From Verrucomicrobiota bacterium (lineage in GTDB: Bacteria > Verrucomicrobiota > Verrucomicrobiia > Limisphaerales > UBA11358): a stretch of 64,000 bases of DNA. Location: the NCBI GenBank assembly GCA_049517655.1, contig JBEKRQ010000003.1, positions 132,906 through 196,905 of the forward strand, read 5' to 3'. Shown piece after piece: positions 1-9,272 of the stretch; position 1 is the first letter of the stretch; each line of letters opens with the position of its first letter. The position numbers were made by a program, and so were the translations under genes. The notes under the pieces were generated by a model. The model made no database searches and had not been told where the DNA came from. It worked only from the letters and a program-made list of their open reading frames with translations.

Positions 1-119
1 TAGGACGAACAGGCGATGGCGTCAAGTCGCACCCGGGCGCGGTGAATTCCACCGTCATGGACCGGGTGCCAATCCGGACGTTGACCCCCGCTTTCCAAAA
101 CGTTATCAAGAATCCCGTT

Positions 120-1481
120 ATGGACGTTTTGATGCTATCGCGCATCCAATTCGGGGCGACAATCTCGTTCCACTACATTTATCCGCCGTTGAGCATCGGC
201 CTCGCTGTCCTGCTTGTCATCATGGAGGCGGCGTGGCTCAAAACCAACAATCCGGTTTATCACCAGATGGCGCGGTTTTGGACGAAGATTTTCGCGCTGA
301 CATTCGCCATCGGCGTGGCGACGGGCATTGTGATGGAGTTTGAATTCGGCACGAACTGGGCGACGTATTCGCGTTACGTGGGCGACGTGTTTGGCAGCGC
401 GCTGGCGGCGGAAGGCATCTTCGCATTTTTCCTCGAATCCGGTTTTCTCGCCGTGCTGATGTTCGGCTGGGACAAGGTAAGCCGCAAAATGCACTTTTTC
501 TCAACGTGCATGGTTTGCCTCGGCGCGTATTTCAGCGCGGTGTGGATTGTCGTCGCTAATTCGTGGATGCAAACACCTGCGGGCTACCACATCGTCGGCC
601 AGGGCATGCACGCGCGCGCCGAAATCACGGACTTTTGGCAGGTGGTGTTCAATCCATCCTCGATGGACCGTTTGTTCCACACGCTGTGTGGCGCGTGGCA
701 GGCAGGCGCGTTTCTTGTCATCAGCGTGGGTGCGTGGTATGTGCTGAAAAATAAATTCACCGGCTTTGCGCGGGCATCACTGCGCATTGGTTTGATTGTC
801 GGATTGGTTGCATCACTGCTCCAACTTGGCAGCGGCGACAGCAGCGCGCGCAGCGTGGCGAAAAATCAACCAGCCAAACTCGCGGCGTTTGAAGGACTTT
901 ACCGCACTACTTCCAATGCACCGCTCACGCTCGCCGGCTATGTGGACGAAAAAGATGAAAAAGTCATCGGACTGCAATGGCCGGGGCTGTTGAGTTGGCT
1001 GGTAGCCCATAACACGCACGCGACCGTGACCGGCTTGGATACTTTTCCGCCAAAAGACCGGCCGCCGGTGGAAGCATCGTTTTTGTTTTTCCACGGCATG
1101 GTGGCGATTGGTTTCGCGCTCATTGCCATTGCCGCGCTGGGCTGTTTTTATTTGTGGCGCGATGTGCTGTTTCAAAAACGCTGGATGCTCTGGATCCTCG
1201 TTTTTTCCGTGCTCGGCCCGCAAATCGGCAATCAACTCGGCTGGTTCGCGGCGGAAGTCGGGCGGCAACCGTGGATTGTTTATGGCCTGCTGCGCACGCC
1301 GGAAGGCCTGTCGGCGGTGGTAAAGGCGGATGCAGTGCTGACGTCGCTGGTTTTGTTCACGGTGATTTATTTTCTGCTGTTCACGGTTTTTATTTATTTG
1401 CTCAACGACAAAATCCAGCACGGCCCGGATGATACCGATTTGACACCTGCCGGCAAACTGGCTCTGCCAACAAAAAATTAA
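120..1481 (+). CDS. cydA: cytochrome bd-type quinol oxidase subunit I
   Basis: ORF 42..1481. [24 protein letters not shown] matches the conserved CydA N-terminus, so ATG at 120 is preferred. Multi-TM protein followed by cydB. Confidence 0.93.
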   Translation: MDVLMLSRIQFGATISFHYIYPPLSIGLAVLLVIMEAAWLKTNNPVYHQMARFWTKIFALTFAIGVATGIVMEFEFGTNWATYSRYVGDVFGSALAAEGIFAFFLESGFLAVLMFGWDKVSRKMHFFSTCMVCLGAYFSAVWIVVANSWMQTPAGYHIVGQGMHARAEITDFWQVVFNPSSMDRLFHTLCGAWQAGAFLVISVGAWYVLKNKFTGFARASLRIGLIVGLVASLLQLGSGDSSARSVAKNQPAKLAAFEGLYRTTSNAPLTLAGYVDEKDEKVIGLQWPGLLSWLVAHNTHATVTGLDTFPPKDRPPVEASFLFFHGMVAIGFALIAIAALGCFYLWRDVLFQKRWMLWILVFSVLGPQIGNQLGWFAAEVGRQPWIVYGLLRTPEGLSAVVKADAVLTSLVLFTVIYFLLFTVFIYLLNDKIQHGPDDTDLTPAGKLALPTKN

Positions 1482-1508
1482 CTCAACCACGAATGAACAC
1501 AGGCACGA

Positions 1509-1582
1509 GTTTCAAGTTTCAAGTTTTCAGTTTTCAGAAAATGCGATTGGTTTTACTGAAAACTTGACACTGAAAACTGAAC
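1509..1582. repeat. imperfect inverted repeat (TTTCAAG/TTTTCAG units) inserted between cydA and cydB
   Basis: Left arm gtttcaagtttcaagttttcagttttcag pairs with right arm ctgaaaacttgacactgaaaactgaac. Confidence 0.7.
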
Positions 1583-1594
1583 ACTTTTTTCGCC

Positions 1595-2617
1595 ATGAAT
1601 TATGATTTGAACACCATCTGGTTCATTCTCGTCGGTGTGCTGTTCACCGGCTACGCGATGCTTGACGGCTTCGATCTCGGCATCGGCGCTCTGCATTTAT
1701 TCACCAGAGACGACGCCGAACGCCGCACACTGCTCAATGTTATCGGCCCGGTCTGGGACGGCAACGAGGTCTGGCTCGTGACGGGCGGCGGCGCGTTGTT
1801 CGCCGCGTTTCCGAACGTGTATGCGACGGTGTTCTCCGGTTTTTACATGGCGTTCATCCTGCTGCTCGTGTCGTTGATTTTTCGCGCCGTCGCCATTGAG
1901 TTTCGCAGCAAGCAACCGATGCGCTGGTGGCGGCAGACGTGGGACATCGGCTTTTCCGCGGGCAGTTTGCTGTCGGGCCTGCTCATCGGTGTTGCCATCG
2001 GCAACATTGCATGGGGTGTCCCGATTGACGAACGCGGTGAATTCGCGGGAACCTTTATTGTTTTGCTGAAACCGTATCCGCTTCTGCTTGGTGTAACGAC
2101 TGTGGCGCTATTCATGATGCACGGCGCGATTTACGGCGCATTGAAAACCGAGGGCGCGTTGCATGACAAACTGCGCAGATGGACAATGAAGGCGATCATT
2201 TTCTTCGTGATTTGTGCCACGGCGCTCACCATTGCCACGCTGCTTTGCGTGCCGCACATGACCGGACGCGTGCGCAACTATCCGTGGCTCTTTGCCATCG
2301 TGCTGGCGAACCTGCTGGCCATTGCCAACGTCCCGCGTGAATTTCATCATGGATGTGACTGGCGGGCATTTCTGTCGTCGTGCGCCGCGATGATTACCTT
2401 GATGGCGCTGTTCGGCCTGAACATGTATCCGGACCTCGTTTACAGCCTGCCGAATCCTGAAAACAGCCTGACGATTTACAATGCCGCCTCGTCGCCGAAG
2501 ACGCTGGGCATCATGCTCATCATCGCGTGCATTGGCATGCCTCTCGTCATCGCCTATACCGTGAGCATCTATTGGATTTTCCGCGGCAAGGTAAAACTGG
2601 ACAAGACGAGTTACTGA
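1595..2617 (+). CDS. cydB: cytochrome bd-type quinol oxidase subunit II
   Basis: N-terminus MNYDLNTIWFILVGVLFTGYAMLDGFDLGIG is typical CydB. Lies directly downstream of cydA. Confidence 0.93.
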   Translation: MNYDLNTIWFILVGVLFTGYAMLDGFDLGIGALHLFTRDDAERRTLLNVIGPVWDGNEVWLVTGGGALFAAFPNVYATVFSGFYMAFILLLVSLIFRAVAIEFRSKQPMRWWRQTWDIGFSAGSLLSGLLIGVAIGNIAWGVPIDERGEFAGTFIVLLKPYPLLLGVTTVALFMMHGAIYGALKTEGALHDKLRRWTMKAIIFFVICATALTIATLLCVPHMTGRVRNYPWLFAIVLANLLAIANVPREFHHGCDWRAFLSSCAAMITLMALFGLNMYPDLVYSLPNPENSLTIYNAASSPKTLGIMLIIACIGMPLVIAYTVSIYWIFRGKVKLDKTSY

Positions 2618-2624
2618 AACTTTT

Positions 2625-2698
2625 CCGCAGATTACGCAGATGTCGCAGATAAAAACAGAAAAGAAATCTGCGTAAATCGGCGAAATCTGCGGATAAAA
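2625..2698. repeat. ATCTGYGG-family palindromic element (full hairpin) between convergent cydB and GH97 genes
   Basis: ccgcagattacgcagatgtcgcagat ... atctgcgtaaatcggcgaaatctgcgg. The arms are reverse complements. Likely bidirectional terminator. Confidence 0.8.
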
Positions 2699-2703
2699 CA
2701 ACT

Positions 2704-4662
2704 CTACTCGAAGACCATGATAAAACCACCACGCGGTTGCAGCGTGACCTTCAGTTTCCTGTCGGAAGCAAGGCGGACCTTCTCTTGTCGGAACGAAAGG
2801 TTGCCGTCTTTGCCATCGGTGATGAGCGTGCCGGAGCCGCGAATGGGCAGTTCGCCCAGATCCAGCGTGAGGGTTTTTGCGGTCGCTTCGCCGTTGATAC
2901 CGGCAACATACCAGCGGCCTTCGCCCTGGCGCGCAAGGACCACAAACTTGCCCGGGAAACCGTCCAGGAACTTCGTGTCATCCCAGACGGCCGGCACACC
3001 CTTGAGAAAATTCCGCACATAGCCGGGTGCCTTCGCCATACCCTCCGGAATCTCCGCGTAATGCTGGATGCCCGAGGTGAAGAGCACCGACAATGCCAGC
3101 TCGAATGCGCTGGTGGTGCGGCGCTGGATATGGTTGATGTGATCGAGCACCATCGGGGTGAAATCCATCGGATCGAAGACGTTTCGTGTGAACGGCAACA
3201 TGGCCGCGTGCGAAGGCTCCTGGTCGGCGTTGTTCTGTTCAAACGTGACATATTCGAGGCCACGGACCGCCTCCATTGTCATCAGGTGCGGATAGGTCCG
3301 CTGCCAGCCGCGGGGCAGCGTCGCGCCGTGGAAGTTCATCAGGAAGCCATACGGCGCCGCGTCATCGAGAATGTCCAGATAGTAATTAATCACGGACTGT
3401 CCATCGCCGCCGAAGAAATCAATCTTAAGTCCGGCGACGCCCATGTCCTTCAGTTTCGCGAACTCCTTGACGCGGCTCTCGTGGGTGAGCATAAGGTCGC
3501 GCGGCGTCTGCGGGGCTTCGTTCCAATCTCCCGCCGAATTATACCACAGGAGAATGCCCACGCCCTTGCCGCGGGCGTAATCCACCAGTTTCTTCATCTT
3601 ATCATAACCGATCTGTTTGTCCCAGCCGGAGTCAATCAACGTGTAACGCCAGCCCATCCCGGCGGCGTAATCGATAAATCGTTTTTGCACCTCGTAAATC
3701 GTCTGGCCATCCCCGAGCAGCGGCCAGCTCCACGACGCCTTGCCGGGCCGGACGGACGTGTCCGCGGGATGCGCCGGCGGGTCGGCCAGATCAATGCCCA
3801 GCGTGGATTCGGCAATGGTCTTGAGACTGCCGACCGCGATGATGCGCCACGGCGTGAGCCACGGGAGCGGCGATTCGGGATTGACGGGACCGTTCTGAAA
3901 ATTCTCGCGCGGGTCGGGAAAGCCGACCGAATACTCCCCGTCCGGCGATTCGGCGCGCAGCCGCGTGGCGCAATAATTTCGCGACAGCGAACCTTCGCTC
4001 ACCAGGAGCCATGTGTCCCCGGAACAGAACAGGGCGGGATAAACCCAACCGGCGCTCGTCGGCGACGGCGTGCCGGCGGGGATGTCCTTTTTGTAGAATT
4101 CCTCGTAGGCAGGGTTTGTCTTTTTGAAACCGGTCTTGGCCACCGACATCGGCTGGAGCCATGCGCGCGTGCCCGGCGGAAAATGAAACGAGGAAACTTC
4201 CTCCGTCAACCGGCGCGTGCCGGAGTTCATCCCGGGGAAGAAATAGCGGAAGGCCACCCCGTCGTTGGAGACTTGGAAGATGATGTCCATGTCTTGATCG
4301 TCGGCGTTCAGCAAATGGAACACCTTCCGGTTCGCGAAATAGGTGTTCAACCGCCGCTTGGCGGTGAGAATCTCATATTGGTCCCGCACCGGTTCCGTAT
4401 CAACCGATGCCAGCCGAAGGCCTTTGGAAAAATCGGCGTCGTCGCGCACCAAACCGAGGCGCGAATCCAGTAGCACGGGTTTGCCATCGAACCAGATGGT
4501 ATAACGCGGCCCGTCGGCGGCACCGAGATAAAACTCGACCTCCAGCCGGCCATTGGGACTGGCAATGCCAGGCGCTTTTGACTCCGGCGCCGCATTGGCA
4601 ACACTGCAACAAATGAGGACCGCCGTTAATGTGGCGAATGGTTTGAGCGGATTGGATAACAT
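2704..4662 (-). CDS. glycoside hydrolase family 97 (alpha-glucosidase-like), secreted
   Basis: ORF 2704..4917 trimmed to the ATG at 4662 (MLSNPLKPFATLTAVLICCSVANA signal peptide). GH97-like blocks include RFIDYAAGMGWRYTLIDSGWD and GLKIDFFGGDGQ. Confidence 0.85.
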   Translation of the reverse strand: MLSNPLKPFATLTAVLICCSVANAAPESKAPGIASPNGRLEVEFYLGAADGPRYTIWFDGKPVLLDSRLGLVRDDADFSKGLRLASVDTEPVRDQYEILTAKRRLNTYFANRKVFHLLNADDQDMDIIFQVSNDGVAFRYFFPGMNSGTRRLTEEVSSFHFPPGTRAWLQPMSVAKTGFKKTNPAYEEFYKKDIPAGTPSPTSAGWVYPALFCSGDTWLLVSEGSLSRNYCATRLRAESPDGEYSVGFPDPRENFQNGPVNPESPLPWLTPWRIIAVGSLKTIAESTLGIDLADPPAHPADTSVRPGKASWSWPLLGDGQTIYEVQKRFIDYAAGMGWRYTLIDSGWDKQIGYDKMKKLVDYARGKGVGILLWYNSAGDWNEAPQTPRDLMLTHESRVKEFAKLKDMGVAGLKIDFFGGDGQSVINYYLDILDDAAPYGFLMNFHGATLPRGWQRTYPHLMTMEAVRGLEYVTFEQNNADQEPSHAAMLPFTRNVFDPMDFTPMVLDHINHIQRRTTSAFELALSVLFTSGIQHYAEIPEGMAKAPGYVRNFLKGVPAVWDDTKFLDGFPGKFVVLARQGEGRWYVAGINGEATAKTLTLDLGELPIRGSGTLITDGKDGNLSFRQEKVRLASDRKLKVTLQPRGGFIMVFE

Positions 4663-4676
4663 GCGGACTTTCACAA

Positions 4677-5768
4677 CTACATCACGCGCGCCCGGCCGCG
4701 GCCCTTGACCACTTCGCCAATCAGCCACGCCTTGTGCTTTTGCGCGCGGATGAATTTCAAGACCGCATCCGCCTGGTCCGCCGACACGATGGCGACCATG
4801 CCAATGCCCATGTTGAACACCTGGTAAAGCTCGGCATCCGGCACGCCGCCGCGCTTGGCGATGAGCCGGAAAATCGGCGGCACATTCCACGAACCTTTGC
4901 GGATGACCACGTCGCAATTCTTCGGCAACACGCGCGGGATATTGTCCACGAACCCACCACCGGTGATGTGGGCGAAAGCTTTTACCGGGTAGGGCGCGCT
5001 GTCCCCAGCGCGCCGCGGCGCTTTCGGAGAAAGCGCCCTACCATTGAAACGTTTGAGAAGCGCCTGCACCAGCGGGCCGTAGCTGACGTGGACCTTCAAT
5101 AATTCGGCACCGATGGTGTTTTTCAATCCCGGCACGCGGCTGGTCGGCTTGAGCTTCAGTCGCTCGAAGAAAATTTTTCGCGCGAGTGAATAGCCGTTCG
5201 TGTGCAGGCCACTCGATGCAATGCCGATGACGGCGTCCCCGGCCCTGACGGTTTTCTGGCCGTCGAGCATTTTGGATTTTTCCACGACGCCGACAATCAT
5301 GCCGCTCACGTCATATTCACTCTTTTGGTAAAAGCCCGGCATCTGCGCCGTTTCGCCGCCGATGAGTGCGCAATGATTTTCCGCGCACGCCTTCGCAAAA
5401 CCTTTGATGATTTCGATGAAAACACGCGGCTCCAGTTTTCCCGTGCCGAGGTAATCAAGGAAAAACAGCGGCTCTGCGCCCAGCACGGCGATGTCGTTGA
5501 CGCAATGATTTACGAGGTCGGCGCCGATGGTGTCGTGCCGGTTCATCGCGAATGCGATTTTCAGCTTTGTGCCAACACCGTCCACGGACGACACGAGGAC
5601 TGGCTCACGATATTTTTTCACGTCGAGTGCAAACAGACCACCGAAGCCGCCGACCTTGCCGAGCACCTCGCGGCGATGCGTGGCAGCGAGCAATTGCGGC
5701 AGCGTCGCCTTGACCTTGTTGCCCAAATCAATGTCCACGCCCGCGCGGGCGTAAGCCTTTTGTTTCAT
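4677..5768 (-). CDS. purM: phosphoribosylformylglycinamidine cyclo-ligase (AIR synthetase)
   Basis: MKQKAYARAGVDIDLGN..., DGVGTKLK and AHITGGGF motifs. ATG at 5768 preferred over 5807. Confidence 0.93.
   Translation of the reverse strand: MKQKAYARAGVDIDLGNKVKATLPQLLAATHRREVLGKVGGFGGLFALDVKKYREPVLVSSVDGVGTKLKIAFAMNRHDTIGADLVNHCVNDIAVLGAEPLFFLDYLGTGKLEPRVFIEIIKGFAKACAENHCALIGGETAQMPGFYQKSEYDVSGMIVGVVEKSKMLDGQKTVRAGDAVIGIASSGLHTNGYSLARKIFFERLKLKPTSRVPGLKNTIGAELLKVHVSYGPLVQALLKRFNGRALSPKAPRRAGDSAPYPVKAFAHITGGGFVDNIPRVLPKNCDVVIRKGSWNVPPIFRLIAKRGGVPDAELYQVFNMGIGMVAIVSADQADAVLKFIRAQKHKAWLIGEVVKGRGRARVM
4988..5042. repeat. GGTAGGG-type compound palindromic element inserted in frame in purM
   Basis: ggtagggcgc...gcgccctacc outer stem encloses two 9-bp stem hairpins (ggcgcgctg/cagcgcgcc and ggcgctttc/gaaagcgcc). 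It encodes the extra loop GRALSPKAPRRAGDSAPYP. Confidence 0.8.
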
Positions 5769-5880
5769 GCGCACAGACATTAACCGCCAAGACGCGCGGC
5801 ACGCCAAGTTAAAAAATTACGGAACGATGCCAAATTCGGAATCGCATTGCACTCCGGCGCGCTTATTGCAGAATGGACGG

Positions 5881-7104
5881 ATGAATTTGGACACGCTTTA
5901 TTCCGAATTGACACTTAAGCCCAATGCCAAGCTCGCGCTGGTCGTGCTCGACGGCTTGGGTGACATCGCAACGAAGGAACAAAACAGCCTCACGCCACTG
6001 GAAGCCGCTCGCACGCCGAACCTCGATGCGCTGGCAAAAAACTCGGCGCAAGGCCGCATGATCCCCGTCGCGCCCGGCATCACGCCCGGCAGCGGACCGG
6101 GACATCTCAGTCTGTTCGGCTATGATCCGCTGGAATTCCAGGTCGGACGTGGCGTGATTGAAGCGCTTGGCCTGGGCATGGAACTCAAGCACGGTGACGT
6201 TTGTGCCCGCGCCAATTTTGCCACACTCGATGCGAAAGGAATTGTCACCGACCGCCGTGCGGGGCGCATTCCCACCGAAACGTGCGAGAAACTGTGCGCC
6301 ATGCTTTCCGCAAAGGTGAAAAGGCTTGGCGACACGGAAATTATCATCAAGGCAGGCAAGGAACATCGCTTCGTTGTGGTCTTTCGCGGCAGAGAACTCG
6401 AAGGTCCGCTCACGGACGCCGATCCGAACCGCGAAGGTTTTCCCATTCCCACGGTTCATCCGCGCAACGAAAACAATGTTGGCCAGAAAAAAATGGCCGG
6501 GTTGATTGCTGATTTTTACAAGACCGCGCTGCCGATCATCGCGAGGGAAAAACCGGCGAACGGTTTTCTCATGCGCGGCATTGCGCATAAGCCGCACATT
6601 CCGCTGTTCGAAGAGCGTTACAAACTGAAGGCCGCGTGCCTGGCAGTTTATCCGATGTATAAAGGCCTCGCGCAACTCGTTGGCATGAAGAAAATCGAAG
6701 GCCCGGCAACCATTGCGGAGCAATTCGAGCGCTATCTCGAGGAACACGACAACTTCGATTTCTTTTTCATCCATTACAAATACACCGACAAATACGGCGA
6801 GGACGGCAACTTCATGGCGAAGATGAAGGCGATCGAGGATTTCGACGCCGCGTTGCCGATTTTGCTGAGGAAAAAGCCGGACGTGCTGGCCATCACCGGC
6901 GACCACTCGACGCCCTGCGCGGTCAAGGGCCATTCGTGGCATCCGCAGCCGGTGCTGCTGCATTCGGCGTTGAGTGGCTCGGACAAGCTCGAACGCTTCA
7001 CGGAAACCGGCGCGAACAGCGGTTCGCTTGGCGTATTTAAGGCGAAGTATTTGATTCGTCTCATGCAGGCCAACGCGAGGATGTTTGACAAGTTTGGCGC
7101 GTAA
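5881..7104 (+). CDS. apgM: cofactor-independent phosphoglycerate mutase, archaeal-type (ApgM family)
   Basis: LVVLDGLGD..., PGSGPGHLSLFGYDP and ITGDHSTP motifs. ATG at 5881 (MNLDTLY) preferred. Confidence 0.85.
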   Translation: MNLDTLYSELTLKPNAKLALVVLDGLGDIATKEQNSLTPLEAARTPNLDALAKNSAQGRMIPVAPGITPGSGPGHLSLFGYDPLEFQVGRGVIEALGLGMELKHGDVCARANFATLDAKGIVTDRRAGRIPTETCEKLCAMLSAKVKRLGDTEIIIKAGKEHRFVVVFRGRELEGPLTDADPNREGFPIPTVHPRNENNVGQKKMAGLIADFYKTALPIIAREKPANGFLMRGIAHKPHIPLFEERYKLKAACLAVYPMYKGLAQLVGMKKIEGPATIAEQFERYLEEHDNFDFFFIHYKYTDKYGEDGNFMAKMKAIEDFDAALPILLRKKPDVLAITGDHSTPCAVKGHSWHPQPVLLHSALSGSDKLERFTETGANSGSLGVFKAKYLIRLMQANARMFDKFGA

Positions 7105-7118
7105 ACTTTCCGGCAGCC

Positions 7119-7715
7119 ATGAATTTGCCGAACAAGCTGACGGTTTTGCGCTTCGCGCTGACGGCGCTTTTTCTGTGGGCGCTGTTCTCGCCGATTCGGT
7201 ATAACAACACTCTGGCGCTGGTTTTCTTTTCCCTGGCCGGTGCCACGGATTTTCTTGACGGCTGGCTCGCCCGCCGTCGCGGTCTCATCACCAATTTCGG
7301 CATTTTGATGGACCCGCTCGCGGACAAAATTTTGACGTGCTCGGCGTTCATCGCTTTTGTTGAGAGCAGTCACCTGAATCCAGGCGCGCCGGTCAAGGTT
7401 GCGGCGTGGATGGTCATCATCATCGTCGCGCGTGAACTGGCGATTACCGGCTTGCGACTGCTGGCGGCGTCCAAAAATGTCGTGCTGGCTGCGGAGAAAT
7501 TCGGCAAGCACAAAACCGTCTCACAAATCGTGACCATCAATGCGTTGCTGGTCATGGACGCCAGCGATGAATGGTGGCCGTGGCTGCGCGATGCGTTTCA
7601 TCCGTGGGTGGGTGAGTTTGCGCAGATCATGCTTTGGGTGACGGTCGTGCTGACGGCGGCGTCCGGCTTGATTTATTTATGGCGCAACCGCGCGATTTAT
7701 TTAAGCGACGTCTAA
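7119..7715 (+). CDS. pgsA: CDP-diacylglycerol--glycerol-3-phosphate 3-phosphatidyltransferase
   Basis: CDP-alcohol phosphatidyltransferase motif DFLDGWLARRRGLITNFGILMDPLADK in a small multi-TM protein. Confidence 0.88.
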   Translation: MNLPNKLTVLRFALTALFLWALFSPIRYNNTLALVFFSLAGATDFLDGWLARRRGLITNFGILMDPLADKILTCSAFIAFVESSHLNPGAPVKVAAWMVIIIVARELAITGLRLLAASKNVVLAAEKFGKHKTVSQIVTINALLVMDASDEWWPWLRDAFHPWVGEFAQIMLWVTVVLTAASGLIYLWRNRAIYLSDV

Positions 7716-7720
7716 AAGCA

Positions 7721-7794
7721 AATGGAGAATGAAGAAGGAAGAATGCAGAAATAAAACCTGAAGTTGAACGAAATGCGCTTCTTCACTCTCCATT
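7721..7794. terminator. hairpin between convergent pgsA and rodZ-like genes
   Basis: aatggagaatgaagaag (7721-7737) pairs with cttcttcactctccatt (7778-7794) with one mismatch. Confidence 0.55.
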
Positions 7795-7807
7795 CCGCCT
7801 TCTACAT

Positions 7808-8299
7808 TCAATGGTGCGACGGTAATGGCAGCGTTTCGCTGGAGTTCGCGGACTGATAAACCGCCGGCGGCAAACCGGCCAGCGGATCACTGTGCTTGTG
7901 GTACCGCCACGCAAAACCGACAAGTACGACAATCAAAACGATTCCCAATGCCGCGCCGCCTGCCAGCCCGATTCTCCAATTCAATCTTGCGAGCAAAAAC
8001 ATCAGATGGTCAACCACGGTCTTGGATTCTTCGGTGAACGGCGGCGGCTCCTTGAATTTTTCCGTTTGCCTCAACTCGACATTCAGCGCGGCCATGATGG
8101 CCGGCACATCGAGTTTGAGCAGTGTGGCGCAATTTTTCACCGAGCCGCGAATGTAAACCGGCGCGGAAAACACCTCGTAATTTCCTTCTTCAAGCGCGCG
8201 AATGTGATCGGTGCGGATTTTGGTGGTTTCCGCAACTTGATAAACCGTCAGTTTCCTGGCCTCGCGCGCGGAGCGGAGTTGTTCGGCGACCGTTGGCAT
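7808..8299 (-). CDS. RodZ-like HTH domain membrane protein
   Basis: N-terminal HTH (LRSAREARKLTVYQVAETTKIRTDHIRALEEGNY) followed by a single TM segment. Confidence 0.7.
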   Translation of the reverse strand: MPTVAEQLRSAREARKLTVYQVAETTKIRTDHIRALEEGNYEVFSAPVYIRGSVKNCATLLKLDVPAIMAALNVELRQTEKFKEPPPFTEESKTVVDHLMFLLARLNWRIGLAGGAALGIVLIVVLVGFAWRYHKHSDPLAGLPPAVYQSANSSETLPLPSHH

Positions 8300-8406
8300 T
8301 TCCCCTTATTTAGCGCGTTTGAAAGCCAATTGGCAATCATGGAAATTAACCACCAAAGCCCAAGAAACACCAGGTGGGTCTGGCGGTATCCGGGGAATTG
8401 AATTGG

Positions 8407-8509
8407 GAACATCGAACAACGAACGCCCAACATCGAACATCGAATGAACCGCAGACGGTCGGTGGCGACCAATTCGACGTTCAGTGTTCAATGTTGGATG
8501 TTCGATGTT
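8407..8509. repeat. long imperfect inverted repeat built of CATCGAA/TTCGATG units
   Basis: gaacatcgaacaacgaacgcccaacatcgaacatcgaatg faces attcgacgttcagtgttcaatgttggatgttcgatgtt and is followed by a T-run. Lies between the PAP2 and rodZ-like genes. Confidence 0.7.
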
Positions 8510-8549
8510 TTTTTTCCATGCTTGCAGAGCATGGTGCCCGGCGTTCCCA

Positions 8550-9212
8550 TCAACCTCGGGAATGAGATGCCGACGTGTCCGGACAAAAACTTTTTCCGAC
8601 CACTGCGCCGATGACCGAGCCAATGACCGCTCCGCCCACGGAATCCGAGAACCAATGGATGGTCATGGAGACACCAATGCCGACATAGAAAGCGTAGAGA
8701 AGCGCTATAAAACCCAGCCACCGTTGTTTCGGACAAAGCGTGAACACCGTCACGGCCATGGCGAAAGCGAGGGTGGCATGCGACGACGGCCAGCCCCAGA
8801 AGACTCCACCGCGCAGAAAACCGAAATGGAAGACGCGACTCATGTCTGCGCCGATGGCATGCGAAGGGTGGGCGCGACCCGTAACCGCTTTGTATGCGGA
8901 AGAGACAAGCGAGCCGAGGAGTGCGGCCTGACCGACAGCCCAACCGGTCAAAATAACCCTGGCATTTCTGGCAATGATGCCGAGCGCAAAAAGGATCAGC
9001 GGCAGGGCGAGAGGCAATAACCCGCCGATGTGGACGGCTGGAAACATCCATGAACGAAGCGTCGGATTGTGGGTGGCGAGGAAATAGCGCCAGTCGAAAC
9101 CGGACATGACGAGGATGAAAGTGAAAAGGATGGCAATGATATGCCAGACGATCATCCAGCCCTTGAAGCAGCCAATAAGATTGCCAGGCAACGTGACAAA
9201 AAACTGTTTCAT
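8550..9212 (-). CDS. PAP2-family membrane phosphatase
   Basis: PAP2 motifs KAVTGRAHP, WPSSH and SMTIHWFSDSVGG in a multi-TM protein. Confidence 0.8.
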   Translation of the reverse strand: MKQFFVTLPGNLIGCFKGWMIVWHIIAILFTFILVMSGFDWRYFLATHNPTLRSWMFPAVHIGGLLPLALPLILFALGIIARNARVILTGWAVGQAALLGSLVSSAYKAVTGRAHPSHAIGADMSRVFHFGFLRGGVFWGWPSSHATLAFAMAVTVFTLCPKQRWLGFIALLYAFYVGIGVSMTIHWFSDSVGGAVIGSVIGAVVGKSFCPDTSASHSRG

Positions 9213-9272
9213 GGCTTTCTATTATTTAGGTCGGTTGACTCGACATTAGCAATCCTGTAAAACGGCAATTAA

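Noticed and set aside
2737-4473. This is a 578-aa plus-strand ORF. Similar long ORFs occur at 10933..12249, 28373..29410, 45674..46834, 35763..36698, 5863..6963, 47510..48424 and 20646..21479.
   Set aside because: All lie antisense to genes with strong family signatures (GH97, ftsK, pfk, CE4, DUF900-like, apgM, ligA, HprK-like). Their translations are Arg/Gly/His-rich and low in complexity, as is typical of shadow ORFs in high-GC DNA.
8306-9051. These are track ORFs overlapping the PAP2 gene and the 8407-8509 inverted repeat (8484..9020 +, 8488..9051 -, 8306..8623 -).
   Set aside because: They are alternative frames of the PAP2 gene or translations of the repeat (MFDVGCSMF-type peptides). 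They show no family signal.
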